Shown here: piece after piece, positions 1 to 11,549 of the stretch
How the letters are laid out: each line of letters starts with the position of its first letter
Numbering within the stretch: position 1 is the first letter of the stretch
Source of the DNA: Azolla caroliniana
Lineage: Eukaryota > Plantae > Polypodiophyta
Length of the DNA: 64,000 nt
Assembly (NCBI GenBank): GCA_043228905.1
Contig: JBHGNT010000017.1
Location: 11,346,001 to 11,410,000, forward strand
Reading direction: 5' to 3'
Translations under genes and position numbers: made by a program
The notes under the pieces: model-generated
The model's database searches: none
What the model saw: the letters and a program-made list of their open reading frames with translations, nothing else
Told to the model about the DNA's origin: nothing

Positions 1-170
1 GTCCGATCCTTGCGATTCCACACTCTTGCCCATTTTCAAGTCGAACTGTGGTGCTAGCATCGGCCGAATAGTTCAAAAACCAATCGATGTTCGGGTTTAC
101 GTGAAATGTGGCACCGGAGTCCAGCAACCACGTGTGCACTTCTTGCGCACTCTAGATGACTTCTCCGATC
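1..170 (-). pseudogene. Ty1/copia aspartic protease fragment
   Basis: Minus-strand manual translation gives WLLDSGATFHVNPNIDWF...VRLENGQ, a copia protease D-S-G-A motif. It is joined to an unrelated copia RNase H end at ~171. Confidence 0.7.
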
Positions 171-857
171 ATCGAGTCCTCTAAAGAGAGGATCTAGGCA
201 TTTCTATCAAGGATTTGATTCTCCTCTACTGCGACAACATGAGTAGTATTCACCTCGCTCAGAACCTAGTCTTCCATGCTCGAACTAAGCACATTGAGGT
301 GCACTATCATTTAATCTAAGAACGTGTCCTGGCCGGAGATGTAGACCTGCAACACATCCGCACAAACCTACAGACGACCGACATCTTCACCAAGGCCCTA
401 GGAGTCAGCTCCGACAGTTCACGAAGAACCTGGGTCTTTCGACCATCAACCGACCGATCTTGAGGGCGAGTAAGGACCCGCATGAGGGAACCGACCAATT
501 GAAGCCAAACCTGGAGTCGACTCAAAGCTAACCCAAAGACCAATCCGACGACCGAAAGTTGTGTTTGAAGGGCATGTTGAGAATCAAACTCAACTTCCCG
601 TGTGTGGGAACACACTCTAGGATACTCAAGTGTGTGATCACCCCATCTCCTTGTATCATAACTATTGTGTCATAGAAGTTAATATCCTATGACACATTTC
701 TTTAGAGGAGTTAGGACTCGACCTCTTTCCCACGAGGCGGCTCTAGTGAGAGAACCTAGAGAGAAGGTGACTACATAAGCACCTTCTCCTTCTCTTTTAT
801 AATTGTTGATCATTCTTGTTTTTTTGTTATACAATTTTTTGTTTTTCTGTAACCTTG

Positions 858-903
<46 letters not shown>

Positions 904-953
904 ACACACACACATAGTTCTTCTGTTGCACAGAATCCATCCGATTCATTACA
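171..953 (+). mobile_element. Ty1/copia 3' end: RNase H C-terminus, PPT and 3' LTR (575-953)
   Basis: Encodes YCDNMSSIHLAQNLVFHARTKHIEVHYH and DIFTKALG. Purine tract TTTGAAGGGCA precedes TGTTGAG...TTACA. The LTR contains a (CT)n tract at 860-897. Confidence 0.8.
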
Positions 954-1388
954 ACTTATAACCCTTTTGCTCATCCGAGTAGCCGACTAAGATACATTTC
1001 TTAGCTTTGGCGTCCAGGTTCCTCCGCATCTCCTTTCGCATGTGCACATGTGGCGACAGTTTTTCTCTAGTTGTAATTGTCCTATTCTGAAGGTACAACT
1101 CATGTGGTGACACATTTCCCGAAGTACAACACTTGTGGTGACACTTTTCCTCCACCTGCAAATGTCCTATTATGAAAGTACATGTCTGTTCTAACCGCTT
1201 TGGCCCATTCGAACTTGGGCATGTTGTTTTCCTTGAGCATTGCCCTTGCCGCTTCTTCGATTGTCCAGTTCTTCCTCTTAGCCATGCCATCTTGCAATGG
1301 CGTATATTTGTAAGAGAATTAATGTCGAATTCTTTCCTTCTGCAGATAACTAAAGAACTGGTCGAAAAAGTACTCTTTTCCACCATTA
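954..1388 (-). pseudogene. Ty1/copia integrase fragment
   Basis: Frameshifted ORFs 949-1386 and 1100-1297 encode EAARAMLKENNMPKF.WAKAV and LDAKAKKCILVGYSDEQKGYK. Confidence 0.8.
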
Positions 1389-1924
1389 GGCCGGAACGGA
1401 GGAGCTAGATTTGGGAGATGGGCCCATGTGTGAAGGGGTACGCCATTTGAGGCCTACGCTCATAGTCTACTAGGTAGTTATGTTCCTAGGAGTTAGTGTC
1501 AATAGCTCAGTATGAGTATTTAAGCTCTTGTTAGTACTTTAGTCGGTTCTTTTAATGACTTGTATAAAAAGTGCTCTCTACCACATTGGTATGTATAGAG
1601 TATTGAGTATTTTTTGAAATAGACATTTGTGTTCTGCTCTCTCTTTCTATCTCTCCCACATACTCTCTTTCTATTTCCAAGCTTTCCATTACCCCTTCAT
1701 CTGTGTTCTGTTACTATCCAGTAGTAACCGGTCATGTCTGCAAACTTCCGCATGTAACTCTTTTCATGGTATCAGAGTGCGAGGGTTGAGGATCCTCTAT
1801 TGCCAACAAAGAGCTCAGACAAACCAAAACCTAACACCTGGTAAGAACAAAAAAAGAAGAGAGAAATGGACAGAAGCATGGCGAGCTCACTTCCCATCAA
1901 AAAGCTTTATTTGAACAATTACGT
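1389..1924 (+). mobile_element. Copia 5' LTR remnant (ends 1766), PBS and start of gag, interrupted by a gypsy insertion
   Basis: LTR ends ...TTTTCA and is followed by TGGTATCAGAGT (tRNA-iMet PBS, 1767-1778). ATGGCGAGCTCACTTCCC (MASSLP) matches the gag starts near 51183 and 61602. Confidence 0.75.
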
Positions 1925-4900
1925 TGTCGCGGTTATCCACGAGTATGTGTTGAAACGGGTCGGGACCACCGGGGTCTCAGACCAAGGAGTTGGTGGGAGA
2001 AGAAAGCTTGTCCGGATTGTTTTTGGATAACCTCGCCATATCGGTTTCTAGACACGTATTCGATCTGGATTGATCCTCGAATGTTGGATGGTGAGCGCAC
2101 GAGCTCGAGGACGTAGATTGTTCAGACCGGTTACGGGATAGCAACGATAAGCTCACAGGCTCACTCACTCGGATACGCACACTCAAACAAGAATAGAACA
2201 GAGTTAAGAACACATGTTTGTGCACTAAGGCATTTTTGTGTGCATCTGTGCACGCCCCCATTCTCGTGCGGCCGTATCTCTTTTCTTCCTATGGCTGGAT
2301 TACTTCACGACATCCACCCCCACAAAACCGCACATCCTCCGACATGTGCCAAGAAGTGAAGTTGTAGGGATTTCGGCCCGGTCTTCACTCGTCCTCCCCC
2401 CGATTCATTGTTGACTAGGTCTTCATCCAGCCCCTCATTCTCATCAACCTCCTCATCTTGTTCGGCCTCCGGATCCAGTTCCGTTTCGTGTCGTTTCTTG
2501 ATGGTATTTATCTGTTTCCCCGCAACCGGTACCGTGATCCTCGTCCCATTGAGCTTGGCTAGATGGTATGTTGCATTGTTGTTGGTTCTTGTCACCATGT
2601 ACAACCCGAACCATCGCCATGGAAACTTCCAAGTCGACCAGTGTTGGTTGTCTAGGTTGTTGTCGTAGACCAACACCTAGTCGCCTTCCTCGATCTTCTT
2701 CGACCGGAATTGATGCATATGATAGAACTGCCCCTTCTTCTTCATCGCCTCTTCCACCTTCGTTATCGCTCGTTCCATGTACTCCAGCCTCCGCTCAAGT
2801 TGTCTGATCCGTGCCGCCAACAATTCCTCTCGACTCATCTCATCCGACCAGTCGACCGATATCCATGAGTTTGGCTCGCATGTATCCTGTCACCGAACTG
2901 TACCTAGTCCGGTCGGCCCACAATGCATATGGAAGAAGCCTCGGCCAGTTCCCCACTTGTCTGTTGCATGCCTGCACTATTGCCTAGACGATCGGTTCGT
3001 GCCCTCTTTTGACGTTTCCATTTGCCTCCGGATTGTATGTTGTTGTGAGGGAGAGCCTAACCCCTAGACGGTCCAACAACTCCTCGGCTTCTTGCGCGTA
3101 CACCTCACCCCGATCGGCTACAATCTTACCGATGCATCCATACCGGCAAATCACATCCTAGATCAAGAACCGGCACATGGCCGCAGTCGTCTTGTTCTTT
3201 TAGGCCCGACCTACGACCTGGTTCGTCAAATCTTCTCTCGCAAGCACCACGTACCTCATTTACCCTACCCCCATCCGCATCGTCACTAAGTCGACCATCC
3301 ACTTGAAGTGAATTGTTGGTGGGTAGGTCAGGTGCAACTCTTCCCGGTGCCAGATTCCGGATTGTACTTGGCAACTTTCGCATGTCCACACGAAGTGGTG
3401 CACGCCCTTGTATATTTTGGGCCACCAGTACCTCTCCTTTAGCTTCTCGAACGTGGCCCACGTTCCTCGATATCTGGACGAGGGAATCTCGTGTAGCTCT
3501 GACATCATCACTGGCTGATCCTCCTCCTTTGTGACCACCCAGAGTGGTGTGACGGTCCGCTTCTTCAGATGCTACCATATCTTACTGTCTCACAGGAAGA
3601 ACTTGTAGGCCTTCTTCCATATTCGACTGGCCTCTTCCTTCGTCCACGTTGTGTCCGACGCCATCGTGCTTAGAAACCTTCCAATCTGAAGCCACTCCCC
3701 GTAGTAGTGATTCTCGTCGAACTCATTCAGGTCCAGAGTGTTCCATCTGTTTGCCAACATTCGAGCCGACTCGAAGAAGTCCTCGCCGACTTCCTCTCTT
3801 TCCGATACCATGCCGTCTTCTTTTTTGTACTGTGCTCTTGATAGCATGTCGCCCATGGCATTGTGTTTACCAGAGATGTGTCATATCTCGGATTCAGGGA
3901 CTTGATGTATGCGAACCACCTGAGCATCGCCAAGTCCGGAGTCATACATCCAGAAACCATACCGAGAATCGGTAGGCAGTCAGTCTCGATTATCACTTCT
4001 ATCTCTATCAAGTAATCTTTGTTGGCCTTGACTGCTGAAACGATACCCCACAACTCGCACTTAATCTGGGCGTATCCTCGTTGCCGCTCACTCAACACCT
4101 TTGCATTGAACCGGATGGGGACCTGCGTGCCACCCTCGTCCTCCTGATTGATCACCCATCCGATTCCGGTCGTACCCATGTCAACCGTCACGTAAACTAG
4201 AGTGTTCGCATTGTATACCCCTTTCCGAAGACCTGGTGCCGCCGTCAGCCTCTCCTTCAATCTCCGAATCGCCTCTTTGTGCTCTCTTGTCCACTCGAAC
4301 TTCCTCCCTTTCTTCAATAAGCCATAGAGCGGCTTGGCGATGTGCATGTAATGGGGAATCCATATGTGGTAGAAGACGCACACTCCCAAGAATTGTCGAA
4401 CTTAAGTGATTGACCTGCACTCCTCCTTCATCGCTGAGATGGCCTGTACCTTTGCCGAGGACAGTTTACGGCCGTAAGGTCCGCATAGGTGTCCGACCAC
4501 CAGGATCTTCGATTGTCGAGAAGGTAAGCTGAGCGCCCTCAAGCCTCTACAATATCTTCTCGCAATCGGAGATGTGGTCCACAACAAAATTTTGACATCC
4601 GTACGCTCCAACCGATTAATCCTTTGCGTCGTCCAGACATCCCTTAGTACCTTATGTTATCCAGAAACGACATTGTGATGTCCGAGATGCAATCCCTCAG
4701 TACCTTATTCATCACATTCACCATGTGTGCCACTGAATTGGTCCCACCCTGCGGAATGGTACACATCTGAACCAAACCGAGAGGGGTCTGCATCGTCGTG
4801 ATGTCCTTGCTTTCGACAGCTAGTTGGAATTGGTCATACCCGAGTATAGATCTCCGAACAAGTAGATCAACCTTCCGGTGAAGGCCTCCACGAACTCATC

Positions 4901-4975
4901 AATGGTCGGTCCTACCCTTGCATTCTGGATTGTCACTTTGTTGACATGTTACAAGTGATGAATGAAGCGCAACGT
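1925..4975 (-). mobile_element. Ty3/gypsy copy G1 (tRNA-Trp family), 5'-truncated, with 3' LTR at 1925-2312 and degenerate RT/RH/IN
   Basis: LTR termini TGTCG...CGACA, PPT GTGGGGGTGGA. Broken pol ORFs (3727-4389 RNase H, 3260-3538 integrase, 2305-2676 integrase C-terminus) are homologous to 11919-14642. Confidence 0.9.
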
Positions 4976-7711
4976 TGTCGTGAAGAAAACCGGCCTTAGG
5001 CGGAATCAGTGAAAAAGGTGTATGAACCGGCCCTTACGCGTGGGCACAAGTATTGATAAGGTTTACATAATTAAGAATAGGCCGACGTGATGTGCATATC
5101 CTAGGAAGGGTGTAATAATAGGCTAGTAAATCGAAGCGAATCTTTGTCTGAAGGGACAAAGAATAAAGGTGATGCGATAGGATGTAACGGTCCCTCCCCG
5201 GTGGCCTATAAAAGGGGAGGGGAGAAGATAGAAAAGGATGAGGTGTTGTTGGACTGGGAACTGAGCTCTCTCCTCCTCTTTTGTTGTTCTCTGCAGGATT
5301 CTATGTTGGTTGCCTCTGCTTTGAGGAAAACCGTGTGCCTTCTGACAAGGCTCTACTGTGTGTGTGCGGGGGTGTGTGTGGTTGTCTGGGTTGGGTCCGT
5401 TGCCGGCTATCCGGCTATAATCTTGCAAACAGTGTAACCTTTTTTGTTGTAGATATCGATTCTATTGTTTTCTCTCTCTCCGTGTTTTTGTGAGTTTCTC
5501 GTTTACGCGAGTGTGCATCTTATTCAGTTACACGTTAGTGGTTCATTTGGACGGCAAGTGTTATTAGTAGCAAACAGGCTTAACAGGCTTATTTCCTACG
5601 CGAAAGCGGAACAACACAACATAATTTGGTGAACCCAACGTGAAACAAGGCGGCAGAGGAGTCAAAGATGAGGGAATCAGAGTTCACCGAAGCCATGGCG
5701 GCAATAGTTGATCAGATAGTAAGTGCTCATGAGGGCACAGGCACCCTCGACAGGGCCATTGAAGCAATTTTCGGCACAATAGGCCGGTTCGATGGGAAGG
5801 ATGCCACAAGCTATTTGGTGTCCTACCGAGCCGAGATGGTGATGAGGGACATTCCGAAAGACAGGCGGCTGGCCGGATTCCCTCGGGTGGCAACGCCGGG
5901 CATTCACGTGGAGGTGCTTGAGGTGCAAGCCGGATGCCGGACCCGGGAAGAGTTCGAGGGACGACTCCTCGAAAGGTACGAGCTCGATGACGCGCTTCGG
6001 CTATCGAAACGAGATTTTATGGATTCGGCTATCGAAACGAGAAAGGGGAGGAATGCATCGGCGCTTCTCCGGGAGTTCAAAGAACGCTTCGCGCGGCTCT
6101 CGGCACTGGACAGAGCCATGCTGGACACAAGCCGTGTCTTGTTGTTTGTCAAAGCCGTGGACGCGGGGGATAGAGATCAGGTGGGTCTCCTGCTGGAGAC
6201 GGATAACGGGCTGACAACCGACTGGGCTTTAGTGAAGAGAGTCTACGGCCGTTTTGACAAATGACGTGAGTGGGGGGATGACGGATCGTTGGCGGCGAGA
6301 CCCGTCCCGGCAAGGAAGTTTGATGAGCCTTTGCCGACACGAAAGGAGGAAACCCGGGATTGGCTCGAGACAGGCTCGACCTCGACCGGCGTGGTCAAGG
6401 GCCCATCTAGAGGAGCGGGTCTTGAGGAGCTAACACAAATGGTGGGCAACCTGCAGATCGCGCAGGCCTGGAGAGACAATGGAGGGTAACCACGCGATCG
6501 CACGCCACCGGTTGGACAATGGTGTATGTGGTGCGACGTGGTCGGACACAACAAGCGAGACTGCGTGGAGTTTGTCGAGGCCCTCAAGGGTAATGTGGTG
6601 TATCTGTGTAATGGACGGGTGCACGCTGGTGATACCCGGAGAGTCGTGGAGACAAATTTTGGGCGTGGCAGGATGAAGCGGCTAATGGAAGAAGCGGACG
6701 CGCGCCATGCAGAGGCCGTCCATTATTCGGCATCGGCAAATCCGGGTTGGAGGTAACGAAGACCGGAAAACGAAAGACTCTGGCTTCTAGCCCTTGGTGC
6801 TAGAAGTCCTCTCCGGCACACGACTGGAGAGGGAAGAAGCGAACCGCGCGGAGCAACGGGTCCAGGAGGTCACTAGATGGGATGATCCGGTTGAGGAGAA
6901 GACCGGTTTCGTGGAAGACAAGCGCATGGGAAAGGTCGGAGGTGTCGGGCCCTCACAGCGGTACGAGACCTGGTTCAGGTAGAAGCAAAACGATGCCGGT
7001 AACCCCGATGTATCGGACAAAACGAAGCGGGCTAGTTATCGGCTGAGCACGAAGATTGAGAGGTCAACGGACTTGTGGAAGGTCCTCGAAGAGCAGATCC
7101 TCGACAACAAAGTGGAGCTATCACTAGGGAGGTGCTCGGAATCGCCAAAAAGGTGTTCCATGATTCCATCGTGGACTTGGTGAAGCGTAAACGGCTCTCG
7201 ACGGAGCCGAAACTGGAGGAGCCGGTGGAGGTGCGAACTACGCACCTAGAAGACATGGCCCTTGAAGACGAGTTGGCAAAAAGCCACTATTCGAGGTTGC
7301 ACTAGGCCAAAGCCACTACGGAGACCCCTGTTCAGATCGGGGACGTCCATGAGCCAGTTGTGGCATTGATGGACCACGGCTCGGAGATCAACCTGATGTC
7401 CATGGACTTGTCTAAGAAGGGGAAGTGGCCGATCAACACCAAGCACGACTGGAAAATACGCGCGGTGACTTGTGCTACGGAGGAGCTGCATGGGGCGTGA
7501 ATGTACGCATCAAGATCGGCGATGTCGAGATCGATCAACAGTTTTCGTGCAGGAGACGTCCTCGCACCCGGTGATACTCGGCGAGCTATACATTACGACG
7601 GCGCGTATGGAGACAAGGGTGCTGGATAACGGTTCGGCATACACGCGCGTAAAGAGCCAAGATGGATGACACTCCGTCCAATTCCTGACCGTGCGACCAA
7701 ACCATGAGCGG

Positions 7712-8759
7712 TGTCGTGAAGATTTTCGGCAATGGTGTGAAAATCACATAAGATGTACGAAATGAAGTGTCAATCATATAAAACAATAATAGTGAATATA
7801 CTAATTCTAAGTAAGTTTAATATCTTAGTACAAAAGATGAAGATCTTGAAGAGGTGCACTTTACTACATAAGAAACGGACATCTAAGTGTCAACTTATGT
7901 GGGTAAGAAGTTGCGAAAGAAAAAGAGAAAATTGTGAGATATCTCACATAGACAGGACGAATAAGGCTCTCAGCATATATAAGGTAGAGCAAAAGTTATT
8001 ATCTTTGTGTCTATGTGTGGAGCATAGAGAGTTCAAGGTAACTTGAACTAAGAGTGGATGTGGCCTAGTCACTTGTAAAGGTTTTGGCCAACCAAAATGG
8101 AACTGGGCGGTAACCGGCGATCGGCATACGCCAGCATCGGCAGAGCCGGTGATCCGGCGGTACCGGCATCCGATATCCGGCGACTAGATAAATAAATATA
8201 TAAATATATATACATATATATATATGTACATATACAAGGAGGGCAAGTAAGGATTCGAACCTTACACCTCCAAGTTAGGAGTCAATTGGTTTACCACTAA
8301 GCCAAAATATTTAGTTAAAATTATATTTCTATCATCGTACTTCTACATGTAAATTCTTATGCATGAGAGCTAAAATGAGTGACATGGTTATCATGCACCA
8401 CATGTAATACACGAGCGCCAAATGGCAAACATGCATCATATGCATGGGGGCATCTATAAAAGGATGGATGAAAATGTATTATGGATCCATGTATGAACTA
8501 AGAAATTAATGAGAAGAAAATTCATTGATGATATATCTTGTTTCTTAAATCAAGAGTTAAAATCTTAATCTCAATATCTCTCTCTTAGCCATATCAATCT
8601 TTCTCAATCTAAGTCAAGCGTTTAATCTTAATCTTTTTCTCTCTCTCAATCTATCCTAAATACTTTCTCGCTAAGCTTGGTGCAAACTTCGATCCTTCTG
8701 GTCCAGAACCCCGACGATTCTGCCTCGCGATCCGCGCATAGTGACGGATCTTTATGACA
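7712..8759 (+). mobile_element. Solo LTR of the tRNA-Trp gypsy group, with 4-bp TSD GCGG
   Basis: Termini TGTCGTGAAGA...TCTTTATGACA, with GCGG at 7708-7711 and 8760-8763. Removing it restores N-H-E-R-N-R-E of the G2 gag-pro ORF. It carries the family U5 motif at 8694-8723. Confidence 0.85.
8241..8312 (-). ncRNA. tRNA-like / SINE-head-like sequence with Pol III A and B boxes inside the solo LTR (degenerate, not a functional tRNA)
   Basis: A box TGGCTTAGTGG (8294-8304) and B box GGTTCGAATCC (8251-8261) sit in an intact T-arm TAAGG-TTCGAAT-CCTTA. A TA-rich tract follows. The acceptor stem is not intact. Confidence 0.6.
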
Positions 8760-8795
8760 GCGGAACCGTGAAACCCTGGACAACGGCGTACGAGG

Positions 8796-8861
8796 GGATT
8801 TTTAGAGAGGGCTATCAAGGCATGGGGCCGCGATAGTCTGGACAGTCTGGAGGATCCCCAC
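8796..8861 (+). promoter_or_regulatory. Putative -1 ribosomal frameshift signal (G2 copy)
   Basis: G_GAT_TTT lies directly before the gag-pro TAG. A 6-nt spacer is followed by stem GGGCTATC/GATAGTCT, whose loop TGGGG is complementary to downstream CCCCA. The -1 frame is the pol frame. Confidence 0.75.
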
Positions 8862-10908
8862 ACCTGTACCATAGGTAGGAAGTTTTGGTTCTCCGATAGC
8901 GGAGGTTGTACGATAACCGACATTGTTGGCCGGGAGAAGAAGCGGGAAGAGGAACGACTCAGGATATGCAGGGTCCTCGCCCCCAGTGAGGACATTAGTG
9001 GCACCGTGGAGGCAGTCTCTTTTGACGACACCCTCGGGGAAATCAGGAAGGTGATCGAAGAAGGCCTCAGTGAAGATCGGATGATTCTGGTTAACTCGGT
9101 GGGAATGTACGAAGTCATTGCCGACTTCGGGGAAAGGGTCAGGTCGGATTGAACGGCCTGCGTGGATACGAGGTACAAGACTGTGAACCGAAAGGTGAGG
9201 CCAGTTGCAGCACCCTTGCCGGAGGGCAGTCAGGAAAGAATGAAAGGGGTCGCGTGGGACCCAAGTTTGCGGAATCCGGCAGACATAGGACACCGGTTAA
9301 CCGACATAACGCTACGGGAGCTCAAGGTCGATGGGGATTGCTTCTGAAAACGACTACTTGCGGAAGCGTTAGAAAACAGAGAAAGCAGAGAATACACAGA
9401 GTACACGGGACGCGAAGCAGTACATCACTCTACTTGCCGATTGTTCCCACACTGGGAAATCCTTATGTGCCGCATCAGGTGCTGTTTCGTTGGCTCCTTC
9501 GACGAAACTCAAGTAACCATGCCCAAGCAGGTACTAGTGCATCTTGTACGACCAAGATGCGTAGTTGGATCTGTCGAGTTTCTCCACAGGGAGCAAGCTA
9601 GCCATTCCTCTATCCATCACTTCTCTCTGTCTGCTGTTCTTACGACCTGTTAGGGTTTGCTTTCAAGCGTTTGTCGGTTGTAGAGGTTCTCAACCCTCGT
9701 GCTCTGATACTATGAAAACGATTACTTGCGGAAGTGTTAGAAAATAGAGAAAGCAGAGAATACACAGAGTACATGGGAGAGACAGAGAGAGAGCAGAATG
9801 CGAAAGCTATATTCAAAACAATATAAACACTTTGTCTTTACAACTATGCTCAGTAGCGCTATTTATACAAGTCCTCGTGGGAATGACAAAAGTACCGCAT
9901 ACTTCAATGCTCACACAAGCATCTAACACTTACTACGAGACTATAACTGCCTAGTAGTCTAAACTAATACTAGGCTTCCAGTTACCGATTGGATCCAGCT
10001 ATCTGGCTCCCCAGCTCACCGGCTCTGTTGCTCATCGGCTTACCGATCCGTCACGCTCACCGGCTCAGGCTTATCCACCCGATCCGGCTCCAGTTGAGCT
10101 TGCCGCTCAATACTCCCCCTCAAGCCCAACTTGAGGTTGGATCCTAGTGTCAGCCTCTGTGGCAGTCGGTTCTTCCAACTGACTTCTCTTGGCATCACTC
10201 CGCCTTGCTCGCACTCCTCGTTCGGTCTGGTTCTGTTTGCCACGACCCCTCTTGTTCTGCGCACCTCGACCTCCTCGGTCGGCTTGTCTGCTCAACAAGC
10301 CCAATTCAGCTCCCTTGCTGTTGTGACTTCGGCACGTTCCGGCTCACTGATTCCTTCGTGTTGGCGTCGACTTTCAATGCCTTCTCGTCCTCTTGGCCTT
10401 GAATTGATCCGGTTCTTCCGAATCTATCTATTGAACCGAATCAACTGTCTCCAATTCGTTCTAGCACTTGTCCGAATCGGTTGCTCCCGATTCGTCTTCT
10501 GGTTCCAAGCCCTTCACCACATCGAACCATGTCCGGGTCTTGGCCTTCTTCCTTTGGTCGGCTCTGTCCTTCTTGACTCTGCCGCCATTGCCGCTTGTTC
10601 CGACTTGTTCGGACGTGTCGACTTCCCTTGTCGACTCGGCTCTTTTCTTCTTCTTGACTCTCCCTTCGTCAGTTCTTCCCTCACCGGTGCAATCGGTAGT
10701 CTCTTTGCCCTTGCCCGTTCCACTGTCTTTGCCCGTTCTCCCCCTCAAGTGTGGCACATCGAGATGAGGAACACCAAGCATTTCAGTGAAGTGTTGCAAC
10801 TTGTCCAATCTAAGTGGTTTGGTGAAGTTGTTGGCAACTTTCCGATCCGTGTGAACATACCGAAGTGGTAGTGCACTTCTATATGCTTTGTGCGAGCATG
10901 GAATACGG

Positions 10909-11549
10909 TGTCAAGGTATTCCTCGCGGATGCGTGGAGTGAGGCGGGACCTCGGGGGTCCTGTACCGAAGAGTAAAAGAGAGAGAGAGAGAGACCCACTA
11001 CGTGCGAGCGTAGATTCACAGGGACACGGCCCTTCGACGCAAAGATGCGAGTGGCACAGCGACACAGAAAGACACGAAAGTATGTATGTATTGACAAGAC
11101 AAACAACAAGAACACGAAGACAACAAAACACGAAGTCGGTTACAACCGAACAGGCCGGCGGACAGATGCCGATACCTGTTCGTAAACGCACAGAAAGACA
11201 GGAACAAGTTGGAGGTGCTGCCGGAAGCACTCGGGCATTCCTCAGAGCAGCGCTAGCCTCCCGAAACTTGCACAGAAGGAAGCAATGGAGTCTGCAAACC
11301 AGAGAGAGAGAGAGAGAAGCCTTCGCGCCCAATCCGACAGCACTTCGTCCTCGACTCTCCGCGATCTCTTTACTCTCCTCGTCTCCCTCCTTTTATAGGC
11401 AAGGAAGGAGCCGTTCCCCCCCCCTTTACTCCCTACCTACCGAATTTACCTAGGATCTCCTATGTACAACTTAAGGCGCACGTGCATGAAGAGTCGGTTT
11501 CTACGCTCCGGTACACCGATTCCGCTTGTGGACGGTTTTCTTCACGACA
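10909..11549 (-). repeat. G3 3' LTR
   Basis: Direct repeat of 17385-18024 with TG...CA ends. Confidence 0.95.

Larger units (their letters stand above)
4976..9344 (+). mobile_element. Ty3/gypsy copy G2, 3'-truncated: 5' LTR 4976-5621, PBS 5627-5644, gag-protease pseudogene from 5668, start of pol
   Basis: LTR starts TGTCGTGAAGAAAACC. PBS is TGGTGAACCCAACGTGAA. Gag is homologous to 15214-17340 (CCHC knuckle, MDHGSEINLM) with stops and frameshifts. The copy is inserted in the RT of G1. Confidence 0.9.

Noticed and set aside
8100-8185. Short CCGGC repeats as a CRISPR-like array
   Set aside because: Irregular 5-8 bp units with no constant repeat/spacer period, in a eukaryotic LTR context.
8241-8312. 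Functional tRNA gene
   Set aside because: Acceptor and anticodon stems do not pair properly and the anticodon differs between the two copies, so it is kept only as tRNA-like.
7712-8759. MITE/DNA transposon, because of 11-bp imperfect terminal inverted repeats
   Set aside because: The TGTCGTGAAGA start, the shared U5 motif and the 4-bp CG-centred TSD all match the gypsy LTR group.
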